Shown here: piece after piece, positions 30,753 through 40,926 of the stretch
How the letters are laid out: every line of letters starts with the position of its first letter
How positions within the stretch are numbered: the stretch's first letter is position 1
Source: Gemmatimonadales bacterium
GTDB lineage: Bacteria > Gemmatimonadota > Gemmatimonadetes > Gemmatimonadales > GWC2-71-9
Length of the DNA stretch: 64,000 nt
NCBI GenBank assembly: GCA_041577295.1
Contig: JBFGJG010000001.1
Coordinates: 242,260 to 306,259, forward strand
Direction of reading: 5' to 3'
The notes under the pieces: model-generated
Databases searched by the model: none
Told to the model about the DNA's origin: nothing
Seen by the model: the letters and a program-made list of their open reading frames with translations, nothing else
Program-made: the position numbers and the translations under genes

Positions 30753-30954
30753 CTGACTATGGTGGCAAGCGACGATGGGTCTAGTGGTAAGCCGTTGGTC
30801 AGCAATCAGATACGCATAGGACCTCGCTGCGCGAGATCCTTCTGGCGGTGGTCTTGGTCGGCACCGTTGCATCCCTACCACACCTTAAGGGGAGCTTTCC
30901 AGATGACGGCCCGTAACCCGCTCGATGGCTTACGCTCCGGGGCGGTCCTCATGC

Positions 30955-30983
30955 AAAAGGGCGGCCCCGATGGACCGCCCTCT
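30955..30983 (-). terminator. Intrinsic terminator after the M16 protease
   Basis: Minus strand AGGGCGGTCC-ATCG-GGGCCGCCCT followed by TTT, 30 nt after the stop. Confidence 0.7.
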
Positions 30984-31013
30984 CAAGCCGAGTTGCCCCA
31001 ACTCAGGGCCCCC

Positions 31014-33788
31014 CTACGGGGTCCCGGCGATTTGCTGCTTCACCTTTCCATCCGCGTCGATTTCGTAAATCGGTCCGAGGCCGAGTTCACGGATCCCAGG
31101 CTCGATTTTCTCGCGGTCTCCAACAACGACCCACACGAGGCGATCCGGCCGTACTACTTTCGCCGCATCCCGAACCTGGCTGAGGTTGAGCCCGCGGACC
31201 TGTGCGGGGTACGTCTCGAAGTAGCGGTCATCCAACCCAAACCGGACGATATCCCCGATCGACGACGCCACAGCGTTTGCTGTTTCCCACTGCCCCGGGA
31301 GGGTCAATGTCTGCGAGTTCTTTGCGAACTCCAGCTCCTCGGCGGTTGGCGGTTTCTCGCCCAAGATCGCCTGTAGCTCTTTGGAAACTTCGAGGATCGA
31401 TTCCTTCGTCTTGTCCGCTTGCACCGGCGCATACACGATGAATGGGCGCTGGCCACGGGCATCCCAGATGAGACTAAGCGCTCCGTACGACCAGTGTTTG
31501 TCCTCGCGCAGATTCATGTTGATGCGAGCGGAGAAATCCCCACCGAGAACGCGGTTCATCGTCTCGATCGCGATCTCGTCCGGGTTGGCTTTGGGCGGGG
31601 CGACATGGCCGGCAAAGATCACCGACTGGATTGCCTGCGGCCGGTCGAGGAGATAGACGGCCGAACGCTCTTTGTGGTCCACCTTCGCGAGATTCTTCTG
31701 CGGCGTATCACCTGCGCGCCAACTCCGGAACAACCGCTCTAACTTAGGCTGGAGCTCGCCCATGGTCGTTGCCCCGACCACCACGAGCGTCGCGTTGTTT
31801 GGCTTGAACCAGGTGCCGTGGAATTTCGCGAGGTCTTCACGACTGAGCGCCGTAACGGACTCGGCGGTTCCCGATCCCGTCATGGGCGTGCCATACGCGT
31901 GGTCCTGACCGTACAGCAGCTGGGGGAAGACGCGTAGGGCCATGGCGACCGGCTGCACTTTCTCCTGCTGAATACGCGCTAACTGTTGCCGCTTCAGTCG
32001 CTCGAAGTCCGCTTGGGGGAAGGCGGGATTCAGCACCACGTCGGCGAACAAGTCGAGGGAGGCGTCCAAGTTTTCCTTGAGCGCCGACATGAAAACCGTG
32101 GACATGTCGAGATCCGAGCCAGCGCCGAGAGTCGCACCGAGTGACGCCAGCTCATCACTGATCTGGAGCGCGTTTCGCCGCTTGGTCCCTTCATCGAGCA
32201 TCGTCATCGCCAGACTCGCCGTGCCCGGCTGACCGAACTGGTCTGCCGCGTATCCCGCGTCGATCATGAGTCGGAGGTTCACCACGGGAACGGCGTGCCG
32301 CTCGGCCAGGATCACCTCGAGCCCGTTGGATAACCGCGCGCGCTGGAGGTCGGGGAACGAAGCCCTCGGTGGGTCACCAGGCGTTGGCAGCACCGACCGG
32401 TCGACGTCGGTAGCAACCGTACGGAACTCTGGATACGGGTGGACCTCGGCGATGTACGCCCCGCTCGAGAGCCACTCCTGTGCCGCGCGCTGCAGGTCCT
32501 GACTCGTGGCATCGGCTACTCGTCGGAGGGTCACCTTGTAGAAGTCAGGACTCCCGCCGTACACCTCGTTCTGCGCGAGCACGTCTGACTTGCCGCCAAA
32601 CCCACCGATCCGCTCCACACCACGAATGAACCGCGAGCGGAACTGGGTCTTGGCACGCTCGAGCTCCTCGACCGTCGGGCCCTCCACGAGGAAACGATCC
32701 AACTCTTCGTCCAATGCACGTTCCACTTCCTCGAGGTCGGCACCGGGCCGCGCGGTCGCGCGGATGTGGAACTGACTCCCGATTTCCCGCAGGTCGACGA
32801 ATGCAGAGATATCGGTCGCGATCTGATCGTCATAGACCAGTCGCTTATAGAGCCGGGAGGTCTTGCCCTGCGCGAGGACGTCGCTGACCAGGTCGAGGTG
32901 TCGTGCCGTCTCCGAGCGCCACTCAGGGATGTTCCACACCTTGTAGATGCGAGCCTGCGGAACGCGATCCGTCATCACCTGACGATGCGTCTCGCTGCGT
33001 TTCGCGACCCAGACATCTTGGCGGCTGACCGGCGGCCCCGCTGGAATGCTCCCGAAGTACCGCTCGACCTTGGCCTTCGCGGTCTGAGGATCGATGTTAC
33101 CGGCAATCACGATCACGGCGTTCGCCGCGCCGTAATAGTCGCGGAACCACTGGTGCACGTCCTCCAGCGCCGCCGCATCGAGATCTTCCATGGATCCGAT
33201 CACGCTCCAGGAATACGGATGACCGGCCGGATAGGTGTTCTGCGGGAGGGTGGTCCAGAACGCAGAGTACGGCTGATTCTCACCCTGCCGCTTTTCGTTC
33301 TGCACCACACCGCGCTGCTCGTCGAGCCTCGCTTGATCGATCGCGCCGAGGAGATGACCCATACGATCCGACTCCATCCACAGCACGACATCGAGCGCGG
33401 GCGTTGGAACGTTCTGGAAGTAATTGGTGCGATCCTCATTGGTGGTCCCGTTGAGGTCAGTGGCACCCAGTGGCTCGAGCACTTTGAAGTAATCGTCGTT
33501 GTAGTGCTCGCTTCCGTTGAACATCAAGTGCTCGAAGAGATGCGCAAACCCCGTGCGTCCAAGCTTTTCGTTCTTCGATCCCACATGGTACCACACGTTC
33601 ACCGCAACGATGGGGGCCTTGTGGTCCTCGTGGACGATGAGCGTGAGCCCGTTGTCCAGGACGAACTTCTCGTACTGGATCTCTACGGGATCCGCCGCCT
33701 GGCCGTTGACCGCGCCAGGCGCGACGAGAACCCCACCCACCAACAGTGCAAGCGTGGCGAGTGAGGTCGAGAGACGTGGTAGCTTCAT
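31014..33788 (-). CDS. Secreted M16 zinc protease (pitrilysin/PqqL-like, duplicated domains)
   Basis: Signal peptide; inverted zincin HLFEH; second domain NLREDKHWSYG. Confidence 0.92.
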   Translation of the reverse strand: MKLPRLSTSLATLALLVGGVLVAPGAVNGQAADPVEIQYEKFVLDNGLTLIVHEDHKAPIVAVNVWYHVGSKNEKLGRTGFAHLFEHLMFNGSEHYNDDYFKVLEPLGATDLNGTTNEDRTNYFQNVPTPALDVVLWMESDRMGHLLGAIDQARLDEQRGVVQNEKRQGENQPYSAFWTTLPQNTYPAGHPYSWSVIGSMEDLDAAALEDVHQWFRDYYGAANAVIVIAGNIDPQTAKAKVERYFGSIPAGPPVSRQDVWVAKRSETHRQVMTDRVPQARIYKVWNIPEWRSETARHLDLVSDVLAQGKTSRLYKRLVYDDQIATDISAFVDLREIGSQFHIRATARPGADLEEVERALDEELDRFLVEGPTVEELERAKTQFRSRFIRGVERIGGFGGKSDVLAQNEVYGGSPDFYKVTLRRVADATSQDLQRAAQEWLSSGAYIAEVHPYPEFRTVATDVDRSVLPTPGDPPRASFPDLQRARLSNGLEVILAERHAVPVVNLRLMIDAGYAADQFGQPGTASLAMTMLDEGTKRRNALQISDELASLGATLGAGSDLDMSTVFMSALKENLDASLDLFADVVLNPAFPQADFERLKRQQLARIQQEKVQPVAMALRVFPQLLYGQDHAYGTPMTGSGTAESVTALSREDLAKFHGTWFKPNNATLVVVGATTMGELQPKLERLFRSWRAGDTPQKNLAKVDHKERSAVYLLDRPQAIQSVIFAGHVAPPKANPDEIAIETMNRVLGGDFSARINMNLREDKHWSYGALSLIWDARGQRPFIVYAPVQADKTKESILEVSKELQAILGEKPPTAEELEFAKNSQTLTLPGQWETANAVASSIGDIVRFGLDDRYFETYPAQVRGLNLSQVRDAAKVVRPDRLVWVVVGDREKIEPGIRELGLGPIYEIDADGKVKQQIAGTP

Positions 33789-34026
33789 GAATGGGTCTCC
33801 TGGCTACTGATTTTGAAGTGCCGAGTCACTCAGGGGGCTCGGTCAGCCGTTTACCGTCGACGAGATCAGCATGGAGGGTAAGCGCGCGGACAGCATCGGC
33901 CAACCCCTAGGTTCTACGCGCCAAACCTGGCAGATGTTTCGACAGGTTTGGCGATCGTGACGTACTTCACGGATAAGACGCCAGTGAGCAGCCTACGGTA
34001 GTCTGAGGTTCACTCTGCTGGAGGGG

Positions 34027-34368
34027 TTGTTGAGGCTTCGAGTTGCAACGCTAATCACTATCGGGGCAGCGATGGCGTGGCCCGCCGCCGCGCTGGGCCA
34101 GGCAACGCCACGTGGTTACGCGGTCTCGTCCGACCACGCGATCGTCGTTGCCAAGCACGCGCTCGTCAAACATGGCTTCACCGTGATCCGGATTGAAAAG
34201 GATGGCGCCACCACGGTGTTGTTCTATCGTCCTGCGCACGAAAGCCGTGCAGAGGGATACGGTCCTCCACGTCGGCTCGTGATCCGGCGGGTTGGTGCCT
34301 ACCTCGTCTTCGACCAAACGCCCCCAGAGGTCCTCATCGAGATCGACCTCCGGCTCAACTTCCCCTGA
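34027..34368 (+). CDS. Small secreted hypothetical protein
   Basis: GGAGG upstream; signal peptide ending in AALG/QA; fills an intergenic gap. Confidence 0.6.
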   Translation: MLRLRVATLITIGAAMAWPAAALGQATPRGYAVSSDHAIVVAKHALVKHGFTVIRIEKDGATTVLFYRPAHESRAEGYGPPRRLVIRRVGAYLVFDQTPPEVLIEIDLRLNFP

Positions 34369-34507
34369 CGACGGCGCCTAGCACCGGGTAGCCTAAGCGT
34401 CACACCGGCGGGACCCCTCGCCGCTTCCGCGTGGGTCTTACGTCGTGTACTCCCCCGCCCCATGTTTGCGTCGACGACGCAGTTCCGTCCTCTCATGGAG
34501 TATCACG

Positions 34508-36028
34508 ATGACTGCATACCCACGACGCGATTTTATGAAGGTTGCCGGTCTCGGCCTTGGCGGGGCGCTCATAGTCGGACCACGCGCGGCATGGCCCGAT
34601 GAGCGAGCTATGGCCCGAGCGGAGGTGGGCGCCGACAGCTTCGTCCTGCTCCGCCGTGAGCAACAGCGCCGGCGAGGGCAGCTCCCAACGTCCGCCACTG
34701 CGCATCGCTTGCCACTCTCCTGGTACAAGGCGAAAGCGCGGGCATTGAAGCAGGACGCCCGTGCACGTGGGGTCGATGGTGGGATCTTGTTGACCAACCG
34801 GTGGAACATCATCTACGCGACCGGTCTCTTTCATTCGACCACCGAGCGACCGTTCGCGGCCTTTCTACCGATGGATCGAGACGACGGGTTGATCTGGCTC
34901 CACCCGTACCTCGACCACGAGCTCGTCCGTTCGTGGTGGGCAACCGACAGCTACGGCTACTTCGACTATCACCATGCTGCGGGTGCCTTTCCCAACGAGG
35001 GACAGGTTACACAGGGCCCAACGGTGAATCTCTACCGCTGGTGGGGGGAGACGCTCGGCCGGCTTGGCTACGACGGAAAGACGATTGGAATCGACAACGG
35101 TGCCGCGGCGGAGATCGGTCTTCTGCCTGGTCAAGATAGTCACGAGCGCCTCGACACTTTTGGACCGTTCGACGTACCGAAAAAGGATCGCCCCTCCGGC
35201 GGAAAGTTTGGAACGCTCGCTTCGGCCATGCCGCGCTCACAGTTCGTCGACGTCTATGACATCCTCATGCGCCACCGGATGGTCAAGGACGACGCTGAGA
35301 ACGCGCTCACCCAGCGGGCAATGGACTACTGGTCGGAGGTGCATGCGTTCGTCCGTAATTACATGCTCGAGCGCGGCCACGGGACCCTGGATGCGGAAAT
35401 CGAGAACGCCGCCCAGCTGTGGGGCATGCACCGTATCATGCAGGACATCCCTCAGGCGGGTGAGCCGCATAATGCCGTCGGGATCCAAGTGGGAATCGGC
35501 TGCCGCACGGGCAAGAAGACCGCCTACCCTCACCCCAACCAAGTGTCCTGGGCTCGCATCGAGCGCGGACACGCCCTGCAATTCGCGGGAGTCGTCCGGA
35601 TCGGTGGATATGGAGGCGAGCAATACCGATCATTCTTGATCGCACCCTGGACTGACTGGCAGGAACGGGTCTGGGACGTTCATACGCGCACATACTTCAT
35701 GCAAGCCGAGCTTTCGAAGGCGGGCGCCACGTGCTCCAGCGTGGCGAAGGCGGTGCACGACTATCAAGTGGCCAACAACTGTGGACAGCTCGTATACCAT
35801 CGTCCCGGACACGGAGAAGGTATGGAAGGGCACCAGCCACCGTATCATGCGCTTGGCGACTACACGGTCATGCAACCGGGCATGCACTTCTCCAACGAAC
35901 CGGGATTGTACGATCCCGAGAACGGATTCGGCTTCAATCACTCCAACAACATCTTGGTAGGTCGCGATCGCGGGCTCCAGATGGGGACCGCACCTTGTGA
36001 CAAGGAGTGGTGTCTGTTGACGCTGTGA
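34508..36028 (+). CDS. Tat-exported M24 (pita-bread fold) Xaa-Pro peptidase/creatinase-like hydrolase
   Basis: RRDFMK Tat motif; YPH, HRPGHGEGMEGH and FSNEPG. Confidence 0.8.
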   Translation: MTAYPRRDFMKVAGLGLGGALIVGPRAAWPDERAMARAEVGADSFVLLRREQQRRRGQLPTSATAHRLPLSWYKAKARALKQDARARGVDGGILLTNRWNIIYATGLFHSTTERPFAAFLPMDRDDGLIWLHPYLDHELVRSWWATDSYGYFDYHHAAGAFPNEGQVTQGPTVNLYRWWGETLGRLGYDGKTIGIDNGAAAEIGLLPGQDSHERLDTFGPFDVPKKDRPSGGKFGTLASAMPRSQFVDVYDILMRHRMVKDDAENALTQRAMDYWSEVHAFVRNYMLERGHGTLDAEIENAAQLWGMHRIMQDIPQAGEPHNAVGIQVGIGCRTGKKTAYPHPNQVSWARIERGHALQFAGVVRIGGYGGEQYRSFLIAPWTDWQERVWDVHTRTYFMQAELSKAGATCSSVAKAVHDYQVANNCGQLVYHRPGHGEGMEGHQPPYHALGDYTVMQPGMHFSNEPGLYDPENGFGFNHSNNILVGRDRGLQMGTAPCDKEWCLLTL

Positions 36029-36081
36029 AGTGGGGAGTTGGGAGTGGAGTCGGCCACCCCACTCCCTGCTCACGGCTCACT
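36029..36081. terminator. GC-rich hairpin between convergent genes, built from GGGAGT heptamer units
   Basis: GGGAGTGG...CCACTCCC stem between the stops at 36028 and 36085. Confidence 0.5.
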
Positions 36082-36084
36082 GCA

Positions 36085-37773
36085 TTACTGCCATCCAGTC
36101 CAACCAGGCCCCCGCACTACGCGTCCGGCTGCCACGCCCGTTGGCTCTCCGTCACGCAAAACCTGCTGTCCGTTGACGAACACGTGCATGACGCCCGTGG
36201 CGTACTGATGTGGTTGCTCGAACGTCGCGTGGTCTTGCACCGATTCGGGATCGAAGATCACGACGTCGGCGAAGTGGCCTGGCACGAGGGAGCCCCGGCG
36301 TCGAATGCGGAGATTCTCAGCCGGTAAGCTCGTCAGCCGGCGGATGGCCTCCTCGAGTGGGATGACGTCTTCGCCTCGTACGTACTTGCCAAGCAGACGC
36401 GCGAAGTTGCCGTACGCTCTGGGGTGAGGGTTCGATTTGAGGAAGACACCTTCGGCGGAGGGCGCGCCACCATCCGATCCAAAGCTGACCCATGGAAGAC
36501 CGATCTGGCGCTCGACGTTCTCTTCGGCCATCAGGAAGTAGACAGTACCAACCCGACTGTCGTCCTCGATCACCAGGTCCATCGCCGTCTCCTCGGGCGA
36601 CTTGCCGCGCATCTTTGCCACTTCGGCTAGCGTCTTTCCTGTGAGCGGCTTGAGCTCGTCATTCTTGAACCCGACGAGCAACGTCTTATCGGGTCCCGCG
36701 GCGAGGAGCAGATTCTCCCACTCGTCTGTCGGCGTGCGCATTTCGCGTGCAACGCGCCGCCGGATCGTGGGGTCCTTGAGTCGAGCGACCCACGCTTCAT
36801 GACCACCTTCCTGCACCTCCGGAGGCATGGCCGCATCGAGACCCGTGGCCCCAGCCGTATACGTGTACATATCAGCGGTGATCTCCAGCCCCTCGGCGTG
36901 CGCCCGTTCCACTCGCTGAATCACCGCGTCCAGCTTACCCCAATTCTGCTGCCCCGCCGCTTTCAGATGGTAGATCTCTGCGCGAATGCTGGCGTCTCGC
37001 GCAATGGTGATCAACTCGTCGACCGCCTCGAGCAGGCGATTCCCCTCGCTCCGCATGTGTGAGATGTACATGCCATCGTATTCGGCTGCGGCCCGCGCGA
37101 GCGCCGTCAGCTCGGCGGTGGTGGCGTAAAATGCCGGGGCGTAAATCAGTGAGGACCCCACGCCGAGCGCGCCATCTTCCATCGCCCGTCGGACGATCGC
37201 CTGCATGCGCTTGAGTTCGTCGGGGGTCGGAGGCCGGTTCTCGTACCCGAGCTCGTGAATGCGCACCGTTGTCGCACCCACGAACGACGCGACGTTGGGA
37301 GCGATACCACGCGTGACGAGATGATCGAGGTATTCCGCCAGCGTGGTCCATGCGATCTCATACTTGATGTCTGCCTGCCGCTCACGCAGCTCGACCTTCA
37401 TGGCATCGTTCAGAGGTCCCATCGACCAGCCCTCACCAAACACCTCGAGCGTCACACCCTGCCGGATATCACTCTGCGCCCGCCCGTCTTCGATTAGCGA
37501 TTCGGTGGCCCAACTCAGCATGTTGATGAAGCCTGGTGAGACCGCGAGCCCCGACGCGTCCACCTCGAGTCGCGCGCGGCCCTCCGCCGTTGGTCCGACA
37601 TAGACGATGGAGTCGGCACTGATCGCCACGTCACCCACCATCGGCGGCCCGCCGGACCCGTCGTAAATCGTTCCTCCGCGAATTACGACGTCGTAGCGCG
37701 GTGAACACGCGGCGATCATCAAGGCACTGGCTCCCAAGACAAACCAACCAGACCCACGGATTGATCTGCTCAT
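36085..37773 (-). CDS. N-acyl-D-amino acid deacylase (amidohydrolase), lipoprotein
   Basis: Lipobox IAAC; IRGGTIYDG, SPGFIN, SHMRSEG, YHLKAAG, GSDG and HPRAYGNF. Confidence 0.88.
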   Translation of the reverse strand: MSRSIRGSGWFVLGASALMIAACSPRYDVVIRGGTIYDGSGGPPMVGDVAISADSIVYVGPTAEGRARLEVDASGLAVSPGFINMLSWATESLIEDGRAQSDIRQGVTLEVFGEGWSMGPLNDAMKVELRERQADIKYEIAWTTLAEYLDHLVTRGIAPNVASFVGATTVRIHELGYENRPPTPDELKRMQAIVRRAMEDGALGVGSSLIYAPAFYATTAELTALARAAAEYDGMYISHMRSEGNRLLEAVDELITIARDASIRAEIYHLKAAGQQNWGKLDAVIQRVERAHAEGLEITADMYTYTAGATGLDAAMPPEVQEGGHEAWVARLKDPTIRRRVAREMRTPTDEWENLLLAAGPDKTLLVGFKNDELKPLTGKTLAEVAKMRGKSPEETAMDLVIEDDSRVGTVYFLMAEENVERQIGLPWVSFGSDGGAPSAEGVFLKSNPHPRAYGNFARLLGKYVRGEDVIPLEEAIRRLTSLPAENLRIRRRGSLVPGHFADVVIFDPESVQDHATFEQPHQYATGVMHVFVNGQQVLRDGEPTGVAAGRVVRGPGWTGWQ

Positions 37774-37957
37774 AGTCTCACATTGCACCTTTCTCATCAG
37801 TGGCGCTCCCACGCTCTTCACTGTACGGACTTGTACGGACCTTCAAGGTACGCCCCGGAAGGACGGCGCGTTAGCCAGCGCAGCGGCCGAACCCAGCCCT
37901 GGCCGCCACCGGCTGTCCGCCGTACGCTTGGGTCGGATCTTCCCAAGGAGCGTCACC

Positions 37958-38863
37958 ATGACGGCCTCCCGAGCTCTGGCGTTCGCCCTAGCTGCAACAG
38001 TCATCATCCACTCCTCCGCGCGGGCTCAGGCGCAGGGTCTTAAACTGTACATCTCCGCGGACATGGAAGGTGTGGTCGGTGTGGTAACCGGTGAGCAGTT
38101 GGGACCGAGTGGCTTTGAGTACCAGCGGTTTCGTGAGTTCATGACCGGCGAAGTCCTCGCGGCGATCCGGGGCGCGCGGGCCGCTGGTGTTCGCGAGATT
38201 CTCGTGAGCGACTCCCATGGAAATGGGCAGAACCTGCTGATCGAACGACTCCCACCTGACGTGCAGGTTGTTCGGTCATGGCCACGGCCCCTCATGATGA
38301 TGGAGGGGATCGACTCGACGTTCGACGCGGCGGTCTTCATCGGCTATCACTCGGGAACGACCAATCCCGACGGAGTGCGCGCACACACGATATCGAGCGC
38401 CCGACTGGCAGACCTCCGACTCAACGGCCGCTCGATGCCCGAGGCGGGCATCAACGCCGCCATTGCCGGCTCGTTTGGCGTGCCCGTGATCATGGTGACC
38501 GGTGATGATGCGGCTGTTGAGGAAGCCCGACGAATCATCGGCGACATCGAAGCGGTGCCGGTAAAGTGGAGTCGTAGCTTCCACTCCGCCCGAACCCTGA
38601 CCCCTGACGCCGCTTACACGATGATCGAGACGCGCATCCGCAATGCCCTGGCGAGGCGGGCCACATTGAAGCCCCTGGTGCTCGAGGCGCCGGTGACCCT
38701 GGACATCACCTTCAAGAACTACCGGCCGTCGCAGCTCCTGGCGTACCTCCCGAACGTGGAGCGCACCGACGCGCATAGCATTCGCTTTGTCGGTCCGGAC
38801 ATGACGACGATCTCGAAGTTCATCGCCTTCGTGACCTCCTACGAGCCCGGGTTGGAACCGTAA
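37958..38863 (+). CDS. M55 D-aminopeptidase (DppA-like), secreted
   Basis: YISADMEG, DSHG, GYHS, HTISS and PEAGIN. Confidence 0.9.
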   Translation: MTASRALAFALAATVIIHSSARAQAQGLKLYISADMEGVVGVVTGEQLGPSGFEYQRFREFMTGEVLAAIRGARAAGVREILVSDSHGNGQNLLIERLPPDVQVVRSWPRPLMMMEGIDSTFDAAVFIGYHSGTTNPDGVRAHTISSARLADLRLNGRSMPEAGINAAIAGSFGVPVIMVTGDDAAVEEARRIIGDIEAVPVKWSRSFHSARTLTPDAAYTMIETRIRNALARRATLKPLVLEAPVTLDITFKNYRPSQLLAYLPNVERTDAHSIRFVGPDMTTISKFIAFVTSYEPGLEP

Positions 38864-38888
38864 CGCACCGCGACAGGGGTGCGGCCAC

Positions 38889-40265
38889 TCAGGCAGTCGC
38901 CTCGGGAGGTCGCGGGGTGCGGCCGGGAAGCAGGCGCTGAACGGCACCGAGCAAGAGCTTCGTGTGAGTTACAATCGTGGGCTTCGGATCCCGCCAGCTC
39001 CACGTAGCATGGGCGTCAGCCCTGAGGAAGCCCTTGACCATTTTCCCTAACCATCGCACAGCCTCCCAACGCCCAATCGTCCCCGCATCACGCGCGCGGA
39101 TGATGCCGTCGATATCCCCATAACTCCATACCATCCGCTTGCCCGTCGTATAGGCTGGACAGCGGACGTCAACGTTCCCGCGGATCGCGAGCTCGGCGGC
39201 CATCCTCGGAAAATCGATGCCACAGACTTCACAAAGCACGAACGCCGCACCGAGCCGGGGGTTGAGTTCCAGAAACGACATCGAACCGGTGTGTTCGTCG
39301 ATGAGGAACTGCAGGCAGCCCAATCCGCTGTACCCGAGGTGACCCAGCAAGCGCCGCGTGTGCTCGTCGACGGCCGGGTGAGGATCGACGGTGACCGCTT
39401 CGACGGTGTAGCCAGTGTAATTCGGTCGGTCGGTCCGAAGGGTCTTGGTCTGAACGCGACAGACCAATTCTCCGCGGTGCGCGAGGAGCTGCACGTTGTG
39501 GCGCGGACCGGGGGCGAAGCGTTGCACGAGCACCGACGAGAGACCTTTCGGCCACTCCCGAAACTGCTCCCGAAGATGTGCGGCGTCCCGTACGATGACG
39601 GCCTTCTCGTCGTGCACGGCGTGGAGCGACTCGGCTGACTTCACAATGCACGGGAAGCCCACGGCGGGCGCCGAGTGAAACAGCTCGTCGAGGTTGGTCG
39701 CGATGGCAAAGGGCGCTTGGGGAATGTCCAGTTCGCGCGCGAGCCGGCACATGACGGCCTTGTCGGTACAGGTGGAGACGGCCGATGGCTCGGGCATGGC
39801 CAGACGGACCCGGGGAGGAAGCTTCGCCGCGTGGCGCGCGACAGCCACGACCTCGCGATCTCCCAGTGGCAACACCACGTCGATGTCCGTGCTCGCGTTC
39901 ACGAACGCCGCGAGGGCCCGGCCAAATGCCTCCCCATCGCCGATGATGCGAGGGTGTTCCCAAATGGCTGACGTGAAGCGAGAGTAGCGCGCGTACTGCA
40001 GAAAACCCGCTCTTGCCACGACGACGCGATAGCCCGATCGCGCGAGCGATCGGGCAAAGGTCAGCGTGTAGCGGAAATCACCGACGAGCAAGACGGTGGT
40101 GGGTCGCCCCGGCGCGAGGTCAGCGGGCTCATTGCGGTCCTCGCCTCGCCCCCAGTCTAGTGCAGGTTTCGTCACGTTTGGCGGAAACGCTTCGTTTTGG
40201 TATCGAGTGATCGAGCCCAGCGACGCCCTGTCCGGCTCGGTCCACCCCGCGAAGTTGGCTTGCAT
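38889..40265 (-). CDS. ATP-grasp domain protein
   Basis: CTDK, GFPCIVK, VLVQRFAPG and FLELNPRLG. Start codon uncertain. Confidence 0.75.
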   Translation of the reverse strand: MQANFAGWTEPDRASLGSITRYQNEAFPPNVTKPALDWGRGEDRNEPADLAPGRPTTVLLVGDFRYTLTFARSLARSGYRVVVARAGFLQYARYSRFTSAIWEHPRIIGDGEAFGRALAAFVNASTDIDVVLPLGDREVVAVARHAAKLPPRVRLAMPEPSAVSTCTDKAVMCRLARELDIPQAPFAIATNLDELFHSAPAVGFPCIVKSAESLHAVHDEKAVIVRDAAHLREQFREWPKGLSSVLVQRFAPGPRHNVQLLAHRGELVCRVQTKTLRTDRPNYTGYTVEAVTVDPHPAVDEHTRRLLGHLGYSGLGCLQFLIDEHTGSMSFLELNPRLGAAFVLCEVCGIDFPRMAAELAIRGNVDVRCPAYTTGKRMVWSYGDIDGIIRARDAGTIGRWEAVRWLGKMVKGFLRADAHATWSWRDPKPTIVTHTKLLLGAVQRLLPGRTPRPPEATA

Positions 40266-40368
40266 GGCGGACGGGTTTTGACGAACAGGCGAGCAAGGAT
40301 CGGACCATCATCCAGCCACCTATCGCCACAACGTTAGCTGGTACAACATTTTAGCGGGCTGCGCAGGT

Positions 40369-40797
40369 TCAGGCCCACAGGGTGAGCCCCGTCGACTCGT
40401 CAAGGCCCCGTACAAACTCTGCGCCATCGAACTCCTGAATCACAAACTCACAGGCAAACACGACGGTTCCCGGAGCCAGGTGACCGCCGATCGCTTGGCC
40501 GTCCGCATCCGAAAGGGTGACGTGGGCGTGCACGAACGGGCGGCCGTCCTTGATCGACACGTTACCCGACAGCTTGGTGATCTCGAGGGGCTCGCGAACC
40601 TCGAAGTTTTGGTATTCACGCTCCTTCTGATCGTAGTATGCCAGACCAGCCTTTTCGACGGCGCCGATGGCCTCGACCCTTCCAACCGTGATCCCATGCT
40701 CCACGCACAACTTCGTAATCGCTTCGAGCAGATCGTCACCCCGATTCAGTCGGCCCATCAGGGTGCGTGTTGGCTGCACTATCCGAGCGAGCGTCAT
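40369..40797 (-). CDS. PPC/DUF296 domain protein
   Basis: GRLNRGDDL, LSGNVS, HAHVTL and GGHL. Confidence 0.9.
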   Translation of the reverse strand: MTLARIVQPTRTLMGRLNRGDDLLEAITKLCVEHGITVGRVEAIGAVEKAGLAYYDQKEREYQNFEVREPLEITKLSGNVSIKDGRPFVHAHVTLSDADGQAIGGHLAPGTVVFACEFVIQEFDGAEFVRGLDESTGLTLWA

Positions 40798-40926
40798 GAT
40801 GTCGTGCTCTCCTTACACCAGTGGGAATTCACATTGTCTATGTCGAGCCGTCGACAGCGTAACGGAGATCGTCTCGCTTGGCAAATTGCCTTGACCTCAT
40901 CCGAGAGCGGTTCGACCTTACAACGC

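Noticed and set aside
30759..31376. 205-aa plus-strand ORF upstream of the cluster
   Set aside because: Overlaps the M16 gene antisense and its terminator, with no protein-like features.
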